Source of the DNA: Planotetraspora thailandica
GTDB taxonomy: Bacteria; Actinomycetota; Actinomycetes; Streptosporangiales; Streptosporangiaceae
NCBI RefSeq assembly: GCF_016863335.1
Contig: NZ_BOOR01000055.1
Location: 70,855-94,854 of the forward strand
DNA length: 24,000 nucleotides
Direction: 5' to 3'
The notes beneath the pieces are model-generated. The model saw only the letters and a list, made by a program, of their open reading frames with translations. It did not search any database and had not been told where the DNA came from. The first letter of the stretch is position 1; every line of letters begins with the position of its first letter. The position numbers were made by a program, and so were the translations under genes. This document shows, in pieces, positions 23,874 to 24,000 of the stretch.

Positions 23874-24000
23874 TCACGGCTTGCGCGCGTAGACGTAGAT
23901 GACGGGCAGGTCGAACAGGTCCGGCCGGCCGAGCGCGTCGTCGAACCGGGCGACGAACGACGACTCGAAGGCATCCCTTTCTGCGGGGCCGAGCGAGGCG
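23874..24000 (-). CDS. 3' end of an unidentified gene (partial; continues beyond the window)
   Basis: The minus-strand frame is open from the window edge to TGA (complement of 23874-23876) and reads ...SLGPAERDAFESSFVARFDDALGRPDLFDLPVIYVYARKP*. Composition and GC3 look coding. No function can be assigned. Confidence 0.5.
   Translation of the reverse strand, partial: ASLGPAERDAFESSFVARFDDALGRPDLFDLPVIYVYARKP

Overview
High-GC actinobacterial-type chromosomal DNA (GC judged by eye, taxon not determinable). It is densely packed with transport and metabolism genes, plus one mobile element. The order from left to right is as follows. (1) The tail of a CUT2-type sugar ABC transporter (permease fragment and a duplicated-domain ATPase), an alpha/alpha-toroid-like hypothetical protein and a GNAT acetyltransferase. 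(2) A ROK-family regulator flanked by two unusually long, partly AT-rich non-coding regions. (3) A cebEFG-bglC-like operon: lipoprotein sugar-binding protein, two CUT1 permeases and a GH1 beta-glucosidase, with no ATPase gene. (4) A YghZ-like aldo/keto reductase. (5) A four-gene Fe-siderophore ABC uptake operon preceded by a near-consensus IdeR/DmdR iron box. (6) An IS200/IS605-family element with an apparently intact TnpB (OMEGA-type RNA-guided nuclease) and a divergent, decayed TnpA, bounded by matched subterminal hairpins and inserted at the 3' end of a GNAT gene. (7) A small Cys-containing hypothetical protein, a NUDIX hydrolase, a Tat-exported PhoX phosphatase with a candidate PHO box, and a divergent aldo/keto reductase / MerR pair. 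The most system-like item is the TnpB element. Its class is already described, but its omega-RNA, guide and TAM are uncharacterised. The ~950 bp gene-free region at 5486-6431 and the motifs shared by the two regions flanking the ROK gene also deserve a second look. No CRISPR array, rRNA or tRNA was recognised. Many long ORFs in the track are antisense or off-frame shadow ORFs typical of high-GC DNA.
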